Part shown: positions 36,719-49,250 of the stretch, one piece after another
How the letters are laid out: the number at the start of each line of letters is the position of its first letter
Position numbering within the stretch: the stretch's first letter is position 1
Assembly (NCBI GenBank): GCA_900088475.1
Contig: FLMG01000171.1
Coordinates: 2,608-66,607 of the forward strand
Reading direction: 5' to 3'
DNA: 64,000 bases
Origin: Hyphochytrium catenoides
Taxonomy: Eukaryota; Protista; Hyphochytriomycota
The notes under the pieces: generated by a model
Databases searched by the model: none
Told to the model about the DNA's origin: nothing
What the model saw: the letters and a program-made list of their open reading frames with translations, nothing else
Program-made: the position numbers and the translations under genes

Positions 36719-36760
36719 GAGGTACTCTCGCTTGTGAGGAGGAGTCCTGGGCTCACAAGG

Positions 36761-36948
36761 AAGCGTTAAAAGTCCTCGAAGGTGAGGTTGGGGTCAGAGA
36801 GACGGAGTTCGGCTTGAGGTCGCACGTATTGATAGAAGGCACGATGAAGGCCCGCTAGAATGAGACGCATCTTGCGGGCAGGAGTGAGTGTTATCTGGTC
36901 TTTGCCGCTAGCTGCAGTGAGGAGATCGAGCTTGTAGATGGCGTACTG
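36761..36948 (-). repeat. About 190-bp inverted copy of the gag segment 37614-37802
   Basis: The reverse complement aligns with high identity, e.g. the shared run ccttcatcgtgccttctatcaatacgtgcgacctcaagccgaactccgtctctctgaccccaacctcaccttcgaggacttt. Confidence 0.9.
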
Positions 36949-37257
36949 GGGGACTGGGATTGGGACTCAAGGGAGCCCGGGGTCATTCTAGGAGGGCAGG
37001 AGGGGTAATAGCCTGAGAAGATTGGTTGTCGGAAGTCTGGCTTGTAGAGGTTAGGGAGGAGGGAGGGTCATCGGATCAGGCATTGATGGTGGCTCTCTTC
37101 TTGAAGAGGCGAACGGAACTCACAGGCGTAACATGATGAAGCTTTGAGGACACGAAAGTCCAACGACCCCAATGCTATCAATCACCATCATTATCAGCTC
37201 TACAAGAGCCTCGCCTCGCCGGTCACATCGCAAGAGTAAGACCAACAGCCCGTCAAT

Positions 37258-38266
37258 TTGCCCGGCCAACGGCCCAAGCGCAATCATGTACCCAAAAGGA
37301 AGCCCCTAACGAAGCCCTCCGTTCCTCCACCTACGCAGGCCCATAGGCCATCAGTACGCCACACGCAGCAAGGACCTCCCCCAGCCTACGCCGGCAGTCT
37401 TTCCAACCGCTCTAGAATGACCCCGCGCTCCGTTGAGTTCCAACGCCGTCTGGTAGACACAGCCCGTGTCTGGCTCCGCTCCCGCCCCGAGTCTGAGCGG
37501 CTCACTTATGCCTCCTTCTGCGCGGTCTTCGACTTGGGCCCATAATCTGCGCTTTATCACCGTCTTTGAGCGCGCAGCAAGAATACCGCCAACGATAGCC
37601 AACGCCAGTCTTCTAGTACATCATCCACAAGCTCGATCATCTCCTCACTGCAGAGCGGCGAAGACCAGATAACACTCACTCCTGCCCGCAAAATGCGCCC
37701 CCTTCTAGAGGGCCTTCATCGTGCCTTCTATCAATACGTGCGACCTCAAGCCGAACTCCGTCTCTCTGACCCCAACCTCACCTTCGAGGACTTTCAACGC
37801 TTTTTTCTTCAAGAAGAACTCGCTTACCAGCGAGAGCGAGGCTTAACCATCGTCCTCATCCTCGCGACTTGCCACGCAACGCTGGGCCACGCCACCCCCA
37901 ACCTCGCAGGCCGCCAATCAGTAACCCCAGCCGCCCACCCCAGGCCCTTGTCCTCCCTGTGGAGTCCCGAAGTACTGGGCGAGCAAGTGCTGGAACCCTT
38001 CCAACCACTATGATCCAGAGCCCAGCGGTCGGCCCCCGCCTGAATCGTCGCCAAGGTCCTATTACTAATGGCGCTTCTGCCACCCTTTATCCAACCGACT
38101 CTTCTGCTTATATCCCTCTTCACCCTTCCCACACTATTCTCTTGACACCATCTTTGGAGCTGTGAAGGGCACCCTCGCCACCCTTGGCGTCGACTCCGGC
38201 GCCTCAGTTAACGCTGTCTTCCTCGATTGGCTTCAGCAGCACCGCATTGACTACGACGCACTATAG
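37258..38266 (+). mobile_element. Degenerate Ty3/gypsy-type LTR retrotransposon remnant (gag plus aspartic protease), broken by stops and frameshifts
   Basis: Gag-like ARVWLRSRPESERLTYASFCAVF and LTFEDFQRFF; retropepsin motif LGVDSGASVN at about 38183-38212; intron-less and C-rich. No RT or integrase seen. Confidence 0.75.
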
Positions 38267-39622
38267 ACCTCCCAGAAGTTTGACCGCTCCACTTCGCCCA
38301 ATATTATTGGAGAGGACTACTATTGATAGAGTCTCACTAGACTAGAGAAGCGAGGAGGTGGACAGCGATTGATGAGAGAAGGACAGAAGAGAGAAGAAGC
38401 TGCTAAGAGGAATCCTATTGAGAGAAAGCTTGTCCAGTAGCACGTGATAAGTAGCAACTCTGGCACATGGTCCAGACAGAGACCTGCTGATGAGACAGGT
38501 GAATTCCAATCAGAAGCGCCACAGAATGACTTTGATAAGCAAACGCTTCTTATTAGTGGGAAGATGAGATAGCGTCATGCTTGGGAGCTGTACACGTCGG
38601 CCACGCTCCAAAAATTTCTGACACTTTCGGCGAGTTGGATTAGAGATGATCGTCGTTATCCTGACTCGGCCGGGCTGTCAGGATCCGGAAAAAGTAGATC
38701 TTTGGGAGCCTGGGTCGCAGTAGATGGAGAGGTGACGATAAGAGCGATGCCTTGCACTGGCACTTCTTCAGACTCGATCTGGTTCTGTGCTTCTCTTGTC
38801 CGAGATGGCAAGGGGCGCGGCTTTAGGTTCTGATGATGACCATGATAGAACTAGTCAGAAGAGTCCAGAAGAAGAGTCAGAGATTGGCATGAGTGCTTTG
38901 GGTCTCGATCCTTGGCGTTAGCGGTAGAGCTTTCCTTGCCGTTAGCGACGCTGCGATAAGGTGCCTTATTTATTCTGCTCGTAACAAAGCCTTGCTGCTG
39001 GAAGAGTGGAGTAGAAGATCAAACTTTTTCGGTAACGTCTAACTGTAGGGAGCACTTATTATCAGTCCTGTTGTACATGTACCTTGCTGTACGGTTGTGT
39101 ACAGCACAAGCCAAAATTGATGTCCACCTACTCCTGGAGGAGTATCAGGAACCTTTTTATAGAGCTACAGTAGTAGGGAAGTAGGGAACACACTTCTTCT
39201 TGACGTTGTGGTGCAGAAGTGGAACGGAACAGAGAATGCGGACCTGCAATAGCTCCTGCCGCCCACAGCGCTGGGCTGACAGTCAAGCTCAAGAGCTCAA
39301 GTGGTCTCACTCTAGGCTCTGGCTCCACTATTCTTGAGCTTGATCAACTGGAAGGTGGCGATGGACATAGGACGTGACAGTTTTCCTGCGAACTCGCCAT
39401 AATCAGTCTGTTCGACTATCCCGTGAAAGCAAGAAATGCAGATCAATCGTAGATGATGGGGGTCTCTACAGTTCAAAGCAGGCTTTCTTTCTTGTGAAGT
39501 AGCGTGCTGGACGCCAAAAGAGTAACAGAACTCTGCAAGAGAATAGCATTCTAGTAGATCGGGGAACCAGTCCACGACTTGCGGTCGAAGAGGCCCTTGT
39601 AGGGGACGGGCACCCTCACACG

Positions 39623-40893
39623 ATGGCCACCCGGCCTTCACCACCAAAACCTTGGGAACAAGGATCGAATACCGCATCTTCGACCGCAGGCCGGGTCCTT
39701 TCAAGACCTCCAGTCACGAATGCCAGTGCACGAGCTACATCAAGTTCCCAAGCGCTACCTTCAAGTACAGGCGCTGCAAGCCTTCCAGTCGCCGTAAGCT
39801 CTGGCACCGGTCCGGCAGCGGGCGCAAACTCTCAGGGCTCGACTTATGGTTCCAGCGCCTTAAATACAAGTACCGCCCGGCCAGGAAGCACCGCAGACTC
39901 TCGTTTATACAGTGGTACCGGTTATGGCGGATATAACTCTGGCTATCAATCGACTTATGGGGGTGTGGGTGGCTACGGCGGCTACGGGTCCAGCTTGGGC
40001 AGTGGCTATGGCGGTTATGGCTCTGGCTATGGAGGATATGGTGGCTATGGAAGCAGTTACGGGGGATACGGAGGATATGGTGGGTACGGAATGCCCAGCC
40101 GCTTTGGTATGGGGGGCGGACAGTTTGGAGGCATGATGGGCCCTCCTGGGCCTGAAATGGGCCCTGGTGGATTTTTGCAAAGCTTAGTAAACCTTTCGAC
40201 TTCGTTTGGACAGATAACTGAGGTGAGGAGCAGCCGTCAATGGCCAATACATATGGCACTAGCTCAACACATTCGCTTCGTGATACATTTCAGGTTCTAG
40301 GGATGAACGCTGAAGCTCTAAATTTCTTGGTAAGCAGTGTGATGGGGCTTGTAGACAGATTTGGCTTTGTAGCAGGTGGATTGGCAGGCTGGTTAGCTCC
40401 AAAGCCTCTGCAGTATGAACCTGGCCACCCTCTGCATGGTACGGCTCACGCGTTATATCATTTGACTTCCCTGATAGAGACCTCTCCCTTACCTATTCTT
40501 CATAGACTCGTTACTCTTCTTTTGTGGTTGTCCCGCTTCACGTGGCCCTCCATTGATGAAAGGACTTCCATTGACGCTCCCTATTCTTCTACCTACCGTT
40601 TTGAGGTGCATCCTCTTGCTATATTCCCGCTCAACAGTGTCGAAGACTTCAACATAGTCTAACTCGTTGACGCTGCAACAGGGCAAGAACCTTCGCCTGA
40701 GGAGGAAGAGGCACGCCTTAGGCGCGTCAGAGCAGTTAGAGTAGTTGTTGCTATCGCAGTCTTTTATTTTATTTATAGGAACTTCGGCCCTGGCACTATC
40801 CTGCGCTGGCTTAGAGGGAGAAAAAAAGCAGCGCAGCGCCCTGCAATTTTGGACATGGAACAGATTTATGCGGCGAGTACGAGGTCGCTGTAA
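39623..40893 (+). CDS. PEX13: Peroxin 13 (3 exons), no SH3 domain
   Basis: N-terminal PSPPKPWE, YG-repeat tract, amphipathic FGQITEVLGMNAEALNF segment, C-terminal hydrophobic helix. Confidence 0.88.
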
Positions 40894-41004
40894 ATAGATA
40901 CCCCAGGATAAGTCTTTGCTATCCTTTCGCACTCCTCGTTATGCTGTGTGGCTATGGTCCTTTTCTCCTAGGTTCCGCCCACTTGATACTCAAGCAAAAG
41001 TGGC

Positions 41005-42128
41005 TCATTTAAAGCCATTTTTCCTTTCTCTCAGCGTTGCCATCACCTCAACGAGCTCTTCAGCTCCGGCGTACTTCTTGACTGCGGGCACCGAGACCCG
41101 CATGAAAGGGTTAGTCTTCAGCTCGGAGTCAACTAGGGCAAGGGGTTAGCCTCATAAACAACCAACAACCAAAAGTAGCCTTCTTAAGCTCACCCGTGGA
41201 TGGAACAGTGGGCTTGTTTTGCTTCCTTAGCGCCTTGGCCCACTCCAGTTTGTCTTTTATGTCCTCATTATCTGGCTCTACCCTTAATGCAAAGCGAAGA
41301 TTGGTCACAGTGTACTCATGACCACAATATACCTACAAGGGACACAAGACAGGGTGCTCAGGATCCCGTACTACTACGACGTTTTGAGAGATGAGTCACC
41401 TCAGTTGATCTAGGCAAAGACGCCACCATCTCATTAAGAGCTCTATGCATCTCTTCCGGCGTTCCCACAAAGAATCGACCGCAGCCCGCAACAAAGAGAG
41501 TATCGCCGGTGAATAGTTTGCCATCTACAAGATACTGCAGGACAAGTCAATACATCAAAATCTATGGCAAGGCTGTGGCATAATAGCGTGCAGCGCTTAG
41601 TGCTCTGTGACACCTTACTCACCAAGACGTGCCCTCGCGTGTGGCACGGTGTGAAGAGCACTTGAATCTACAGGGGTGTGTGGTGAGGTAGGCTATCAAG
41701 CAAACACGTAGAAGCAACCACGCCTTTCATTTCAACTTACGTTCAATCGGCCAACGCTGACGTGGTCGTTCTGACCGACTTCTCTAGTGACGGCCAAGAC
41801 ACCGTCGCCTTTGCCCCCGATGACCTCAACTCCGCCCTTGAGCCGCTCTACCATGTCTTTATTCCCACCGGCATGGTCGCTGTGTCCGTGGGTTGTTAGT
41901 ATATGGGTTACCGTGACCTTCTCTTCACGTGCGGCATTCAAGACGCGATCTGCGTCCACTGGGTCCACAGCTGCAGCAACTCCTGACGGGAAAGATGTAG
42001 ATGTTAGCAGAGTGTAGGGGCCTTCGCGCCGAACAGACGGGTTGCCAATGCCCACCATTGGAGTCGTCTATAATGAGGTACGAGTAATTGTCACTCAGAA
42101 CAGGAATAATACGAACTCTTGCAGCCAT
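41005..42128 (-). CDS. GLO2: Hydroxyacylglutathione hydrolase (glyoxalase II)
   Basis: [63 protein letters not shown]. Confidence 0.95.
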
Positions 42129-42847
42129 TGTCGCAGGATACTAGGATAAACGTCGTGGTCCGGTAAGGCAGGAGCAATAGCAATGACCCCTTGAAGATCA
42201 CCGGGTAGTGTCTGAGGCATACATGCACTTGAGAACACGGAAATATGAAGATCTTTGGAGCTTTAGAGAAGAGCGGAGCAGGATGCATCATAGAATAGAA
42301 TCAGAACGAAGCTTCGCAAAATCTCCATCATTCCCAAACCCGCCCACGCCAGCATTCTGAATATGTAGATGTGATATTCTGGAGACCTTAAACGGATTTG
42401 ACAATTATCTTGAATGACGATCATTTGCGTCCGTTTTTGATGTTGACGAACAAGAATCTTTGCCAGTTCTGATTGTGCCAAGTGGAGCCTTGCCTTCTCC
42501 TGTCCTTGTTGACTGCAGTCCTAGGACAGAGACCAGTACGTAGAGACATTATTGGCGAGGCGCTATGGATTACTGTTCTGACTAAGAGCTTCTTCGGCTG
42601 GAGACGGCCTTAGGCCATGCTGGTGTTGGGCCAGTTCACTTGAGGACATGCTTCCCTTCTCACTCCTCGAACCACTGAATGCTCCGCAACACTACCTGAT
42701 TCGTGTTAGATGATGGCTCATAGAGACAACCATTTTGTCAGGGTTAATAGTTTAGATACAGCTACCATGGCCTGCTCGCAAGAGCTCAGCAGGGCATTTG
42801 GACTGGTCCCCTGTTGCTCGCATTTCTAGAGCCTACAAATAGGTTTC

Positions 42848-45800
42848 CTAAGCCAACAGGTCTGTGACGTCCGCATCTGCAAAGTCGTCGTCCTCTACCA
42901 CTGTTCAGGTCTACAGGTTAGCAGATGCCCGAACCAGCAAGAAGAAAGCAGCCCTTACCTGGCTTCGCTGGCTGTTGTGCTATCTCTGGCCTTTTGCTAG
43001 TTTGCGGGCGGACCATGGGTGCTGGCGCCGTAGCTTTTGTGGGTACTGGCGATTCGGCCTTCTTCTGTGGTGACCCATTTTCCATGGTCATGCTTTGAGA
43101 GTGCCGCTCCGGCGAGGTCGGTTCAACAGGTGAGGGCGTTCTTGAGGCGTTAGCATCGTCGTCTGCTTGAGGGCGAGCAGGATAGCCTGTTCGATCCAAA
43201 CAAGCCGCAGAATGGTCTGTACTTTCCAAACACACGCTTAAATGTAACGCGACGTGAAACATACCTGGTGCTGTTACTCCTTGAGTCTTAGAGGCCACAA
43301 CTTTCTCTAGCTTGACAAGCTGCTGCTGAAAGTGGTCATAAGGCTGGCCAAGATCTTTGCAGATTGCAACCAAGTAGCGAAGACCTTCGTGAAGGGTAAG
43401 CCAAGTCAGAAGGAATTCACCATGGAGTGGATGCGAAGCAGCGTCATAAGTGAAGAGAATGCGAGGGTGTGGAAGTAGCTACTGACGGACGGACCATTTA
43501 TATAAAGGTTCTAGAAATTAGAAGAGACAGAGAGGACAAAGAGAGAACTGGTGGAAAGACGGCAGGGCCAAAGATGTACCGATAAGCCAAACCCATCTTT
43601 TTAAAGGTGGAAAGGAATATTTGGACTGGCTTCCACTTACATTCAAGATTTTCGGGATACTCCTTATGGATCTCTTCATAGAGCTGCAGGGCCTTCTGAT
43701 AGTTGCCCATCCGACGGTAGCAGCTTGTAACCATAAGCTTCCATTTCACTTCCTGTGGCTGAATCTCACTGGCCCTATGGAAGAACTGGATGGCCTTCTC
43801 ATAGTACTCGCTCTTCACATACCAGACACCCAGCCACGATATGACGTCTAGGTTAACGGGGTATTGTCTATAACTCTCTAAGTGATAGTGGAAAGCCTGA
43901 CTTTCGTCTTCGTCCTTGTTGAATATCTGTACCAGCGGGAGAGTTTTAGAAAGTGGCCTCGCTGGAGGACAGTCCACAGCCCTTGCATCAGGTAGTTAGC
44001 ATACCTGGCCCAGCCTTGCGAGAATACCCGGATCGGCGACTGCTTTGTTGGTAGCGTAACACGAAAGAAGAATGTTGAACCACTTCTCCGCTTGCCGATA
44101 GTTGCCTAGCACATCATGTAGGTGTGCGATCTGTCATAGTACGTGCGGAGAGAAGATCAGACAAAAGGAAATCTACGAAGTTGGGCCCTGCTTGTTATTC
44201 TGACCTACCTGGTAGATCACCTCTGTGTTTGTGGGGATGATGCTGTGCAACTTTTCAAATGCCTGCAACGATTCGTTTACGATGCCCATTCGCTTGTTTA
44301 CCAATCCGAGATTGTAGATCGCCTCCACGCAATCCGCTTCCACTCCGATAGCCTCCTACACAGTTAAGGATTAAGCCACCCTGACGCCATCATCGCAGAA
44401 AGAAAGCTGGTCACGCACCAGGAACAACTCCTTTGCCCTCTCATAGTCAGAGTTGATATACAAGCAGTTTCCTTTGTTGACTAGTGCCTGGGCGTTGTAC
44501 CGATCGTGCTTGACAGCCAGGTTAGCATACTTGTCAGCCTGCATGTAGTCACCCTCTAAGAAATAGAGGAAGGATAGGTTTGTCGCTGCCATGGCCTGAA
44601 GGGTTGGGTCTTTCTTTTCGAACGACTTGAGAACCTCGATGGCCTAGAATTACACCAGCGTCATGAGAATGATTAACTCTATTGGAAAAGTAACAATCCT
44701 CCTAAGCGCTCGAATTTGCCGAGCTACCTGTTCGTAGTCTTTTTGCTTCAAATAATGCAGGGCCTTGCAGACCTCCAGTTCTGAGGCTATCTGCTCATGC
44801 TGTTGCTTCAGAGCTTCAATAAGAATATCGTATCCTGCAGCCCAGTCCTGCCTGTCGAGGGCCTGTTCCCCGCGGACGCGCATGACGCAATCGCTTAGTC
44901 AAAGATTCACATTTGGCACATCTCTCCTTTCTTTTCCTCCCTCTCGAGTCTCTTACTAAGTGCCCCTCTCGCGGCTCAGCTCTAGCCTTGTATGTCCCTT
45001 TCGTGCGTACCGGTGCAATCATTTTCGCCGCTGTGATAGTGTAATTTTTTGTCTGCAAAGGTCAACGAGCGTCATGGGAGGGCATGCAGGATATTACGAA
45101 AAGTTCTCGCAACGTACAATTTTCTGGCGCTCCTTAAGCTCTTGCTTCAGGCCATCTGGCTTCAGGTCAAGAAGAATATCCTCTTCCGCTTTCTTTTGGT
45201 CCTCTTCTTCCTCTGCAGCACCCTGGGCGCACATGCAAGCAGGAATAATACAACTCGTAAACTGAGTCACATTCCTTTGTCTAATAGGTTAACACTTACC
45301 GGCACGGGAATGCTAAGAAGCTTTGTAAAGCCTTTTCTCATTTTCTCGGCATCTCCCAGCGCATAGTAGCAAATTATGAGGTTGAAGCCTGCCTGGAAGT
45401 CGCCTTGTCCTTTCTGATCCTGCATGACAGACTCAAAAGATTGGATGGCATCTTGAAATTGTCCTAACCGCACGAAGGCTATTCCAATGTTCCTCATAAT
45501 CTTTAACCGGAGTTCGTTGGCTGTACTTGGTATTTGATCTAACGCCATTCTGTACATCTTGATGGCATTGGGATACTTCTTTTGTTCAAAGTAGATGTTC
45601 CCCATGTTGACTCGGAGACGACCTGGTAAGTTGAGAGATTAGAAGGGACAAATATTAACAAGGTGAAGCTCCACGAACTTCCCACGTCAGAAAAGCAGAG
45701 AGCAAGAACGAGGGAACCCGCTCACAAAGATCGTGGCAGAGTGGGAGTAGGTAAGATTGACAGACCTGCTTGAGGATACTGCTTATTTTTCACAATGGTC

Positions 45801-46726
45801 GTGTAGGAGTTAAGAGCTTCCTCATACATCTGGTTGAGATGATAGGAGTGCGCCAGATTAAAGTAGATGGCGTAAGTGAGGTCAAGATTAATCTGTTCGA
45901 CAAGGCCCGTCTGCTCTCTGTGCTTTACAAGGGCTCGCTCCTTCTTGGCCTATAAGCATAAACGTCAGGGTGATCGTATGCTTCGTCAATAGGGTTTGGA
46001 GATCTATCACGTACCGCTTCCTTAGCCTTATCAAGGGCATCCCTGTTCTTACCCAGACTTGCAAGCTCTGCTGACTCTTCTAGCAGCTTGTTGACCTGTG
46101 GAAACCCAAACAGAGAGAGACACACGTCACACATACAAGAGAACAACTTAAGAGGCCCGTTTGGTGCCATACGCACCTGTCGTTCCATCTCCTTGGCCTT
46201 CTCTTCTGGAGAGTTATCCTCCCGCTTCGCTAAGGGTGGCGCTGGGCCCTTACTAGACATTTTCAGGGGGTCGAAGTTTTTGGGTTTGTTCGGGTCCGAC
46301 TGTCAGCAGTGATAGTTAGAGATTGAGCGCCAAACTGCAGGCTCATCATAGAGCTTACGGAAAATCCGGCTCCAGACACTGAGGTCATTGGCCGAGCCTC
46401 CGAGTTCTGTCCACCACCGGCTGTCATCATTCTTGACAGTGGCATTTGGGCCTGACCTGTCATAAGGCGGCCCATCTGTGAAGGCGGGGGCCTAACCATT
46501 GAAATGCGAGTGTTAAAGATAGACAACGTGGTTTCGTTTGCATGCCTTACTTGGCCGCAGTGCCTGGAGGGGCCCCCAGTCCCTGGTTTCCAAAGCCTTG
46601 GCGCTGTGCTGTGCGCGGAGGAGCGGCCGCACTTTTTGGAGGATTCGTGTCAATTGGATAGTCAAAATCATCATAAAGATCGTCCTTTCGGTCTTTCAGA
46701 CTGCCGGAGAATAGCTTCTGGCTCAT
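42848..46726 (-). CDS. IFT88: Intraflagellar transport protein 88
   Basis: DDLYDDF N-terminus, RPMTSVSGAGF, MGNIYFEQKKYPNAIKMYRMALDQIP, AATNLSFLYFLEG, DRYNAQALVNKGN, DVISWLG, KWKLMVTSCYRR, EDDDFADADVTDLL*. Confidence 0.96.
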
Positions 46727-49250
46727 GATCTAACCCTGGACGGATTGGAAAACCCTACTAAGCTCTAGATCTTGAGTTTAGATAGGAAGCCACCGTCACT
46801 TCCTCCAGTGACCAGTTAGATATTGTCTGTTTTCTTGAGCAGGAGTGGCATTTGAAGATACCATTAATCAGTCTTGTCCTCCTGAACGAAGCCACTAGCT
46901 GTGCTCTGCCTCTCTTTCCTATCAGCAGCTATAGCTCATCCTTCATCGGAACTCTTGCAGCCCACACCCTTCATCAGCTTCATGCATCACCCTCTTATAG
47001 TTCGTTAAGAGTCTGCAGATGGATGAGGCGCTGCACTTGCCGCTTCGCCGGCCAGCTCGCTTCCGATCAAAACAAACGACCAGAGACCAAAAAGAAAATT
47101 ACCTTTCAACAAATCAGTAGTAATATGTCCTTCATCTGCCTCTAAGGCCCAAAGGATGAGCTTCGATCTGTAGTAGTAAGCGCGCTAGGTAAGAGGTAGG
47201 GGTGACGTTTCAGTACTTCAGTACCCGTAACAGCTTTCCTCGGTTGATTATCAGGGGATTTGAGCTATGATAACCTAATGTAAGAACTTCAACTTGGACG
47301 GGGATGGAAGCTGATGATGGATGATGGAGCTCCTGCTGGTGCTGCTGTTGCTGCTGATGCCTGTCCTCATCATCATCTGGTGCGTGCTGCTAGGTTGGAG
47401 ACTGAAGAAAAGACGATGCAGGAAGGGATTGAAGGGAGGTGGGCACGTGAGCTATTGATTGTTGGTAACATCACGCTGCTTCACATGGCGCTGAAAGCAA
47501 GGTGGCGAGAGCATGACATGAAGCCAGCTGCTGGTGGCAAGGAAGAAGACAGTGATTGACTTTGTTTATATCCACCTTGTGGTGCGCCAGGGCTCTGCGA
47601 AGAGTCTACCATACCATAACAGGCCAGAAAATCACGCTGCTACCGCCGAACCAGCTTTGCTCGATGAGAAAGGCCTCGTGTTGGGATTGGCGGTCACTGG
47701 AAATAGGTTAATGCTCTGTACTGCGTAGAGAGATGCATAATAATGTTCCTCCATACTAACGCCCAGTTGCCATCACATCTTCAAATAACAAGGTGTGGAA
47801 TAAAACAGCCCACCAGCGAGGAGCATTGCTACATTACGCGGCCATCAGAGCCACTCAGTAGCAACGTTTAAGGTAGTGGACACCCTCAAAACCTTAAAGT
47901 AAGGTTGTGGAGATCCTGATCATCAATACATCCGACGGTAGAGTGACAATTGCAACTTGGCGCGGGCATCGACCTCTTCCTATCGACAGTGGGTTCGACG
48001 AAGCCGAGGTCTCAAACCACCAAGTGCTTACCATCAGGACAACCCGAGAAGGCTCGACCATGCTGCTTTCTGGTGTCCTCCGCCCTATCTAATAGCTAGA
48101 GTCAGACTGCAGGCCATAGCAACAGCTGATGACAACCATCATTATTCTTTATGCCAATTTGATGCTGCCACTGAAACTGCTGCGCTTGGTAGCGTGACTG
48201 CCACGGATATAGTTGCTAGCGCCAGCACCATGCTATCATCAACATTCAGCTACCTAGGTGTGCGTTTACTTAGTGGTAGGCCGACCTAAGTCTCCTCCTT
48301 CCGAGGATCATATGGTCCCTAGTCTAACCAAAAGCAGGGCAAATGGTCAATGGCAGCAGATCCTCCTTATTGATTGATTGTTGTTGTTGATGACTGACAC
48401 GATCCCGCAAGAAGGGCCATCTTCTTCCAGTTACTATTGCACTTACTAAATCACACTCATGGTTACCACGAAGCCCCGGTAGTTTGATGGCGCAGGGCCT
48501 TGTCAACAAAGTTTGAAGCTGCAACGCCTCCCCACACAGACGTAACTTCTCATCTTATAAAATGAAAAAATTTTGGCAATCCAAGCTATGATTGGCGGAG
48601 GAACCTAACCATCATCAGAGAGTAATCTAATAAATAAATAAGCACTTGGTGGTGGAGCGCGAGTGAGAACTAACAACCTACTACCAGTTTCCAGAGCATT
48701 CCCATAGTTATAGCGCATCAGGCATCTATAAGTGAATAAAAGATGGATGGTGTAAGTCTAAGTGCTATCAGTATCAAGAGCTCGAGGTAGCACGGACGAG
48801 CTAGCTGCTGCTGCAGCAGCTCAGAAATGCCGCCAACACGCTGACCCTCCTTCCTCTACAGTGGTATATACCAGAATAAATACCCGTATAGGAGATAATA
48901 CTTCTCCTTATGTGGTAATAAACGCCTCTCCTCTCTCCAGCAGTACTACAAAAGCGCCAGATTCGCAAATTGCAATAATCTTCTTGCTCCTGGCGGTTCG
49001 AAGAGGCTGCTTTCTGGCTTCTTTATCTTCATTGAAGCTTACCTCCATAGAGCTCATGCCGACCTAAAGATGTCTGGAGATAAAGGTTAGAGAGAACCTT
49101 GTAACCGCTTAGAAAACTTGCATCTCCGCTTGGCTACCTTGAGTGATATCGGCATTGAGCATGGACCCAAGATGCGGGTCCGGCATGACTACGACGAAAG
49201 ATTGATACTCCTCAGAAAACCCTAAAGACTGGCATCTAAGTGCAGTCAAC

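Noticed and set aside
38658-38684. Hairpin atcctgac...gtcaggat upstream of PEX13
   Set aside because: Single 8-bp stem, expected by chance; no supporting context.
39900-40090. Periodic GGC/TAT repeats as a DNA repeat array or CRISPR
   Set aside because: They encode the YG-repeat domain of PEX13; there is no repeat-spacer structure.
39735-40932. Long antisense ORFs (39735-40259, 40489-40932) and similar shadow ORFs elsewhere
   Set aside because: They lie opposite real exons and show no recognisable motifs.
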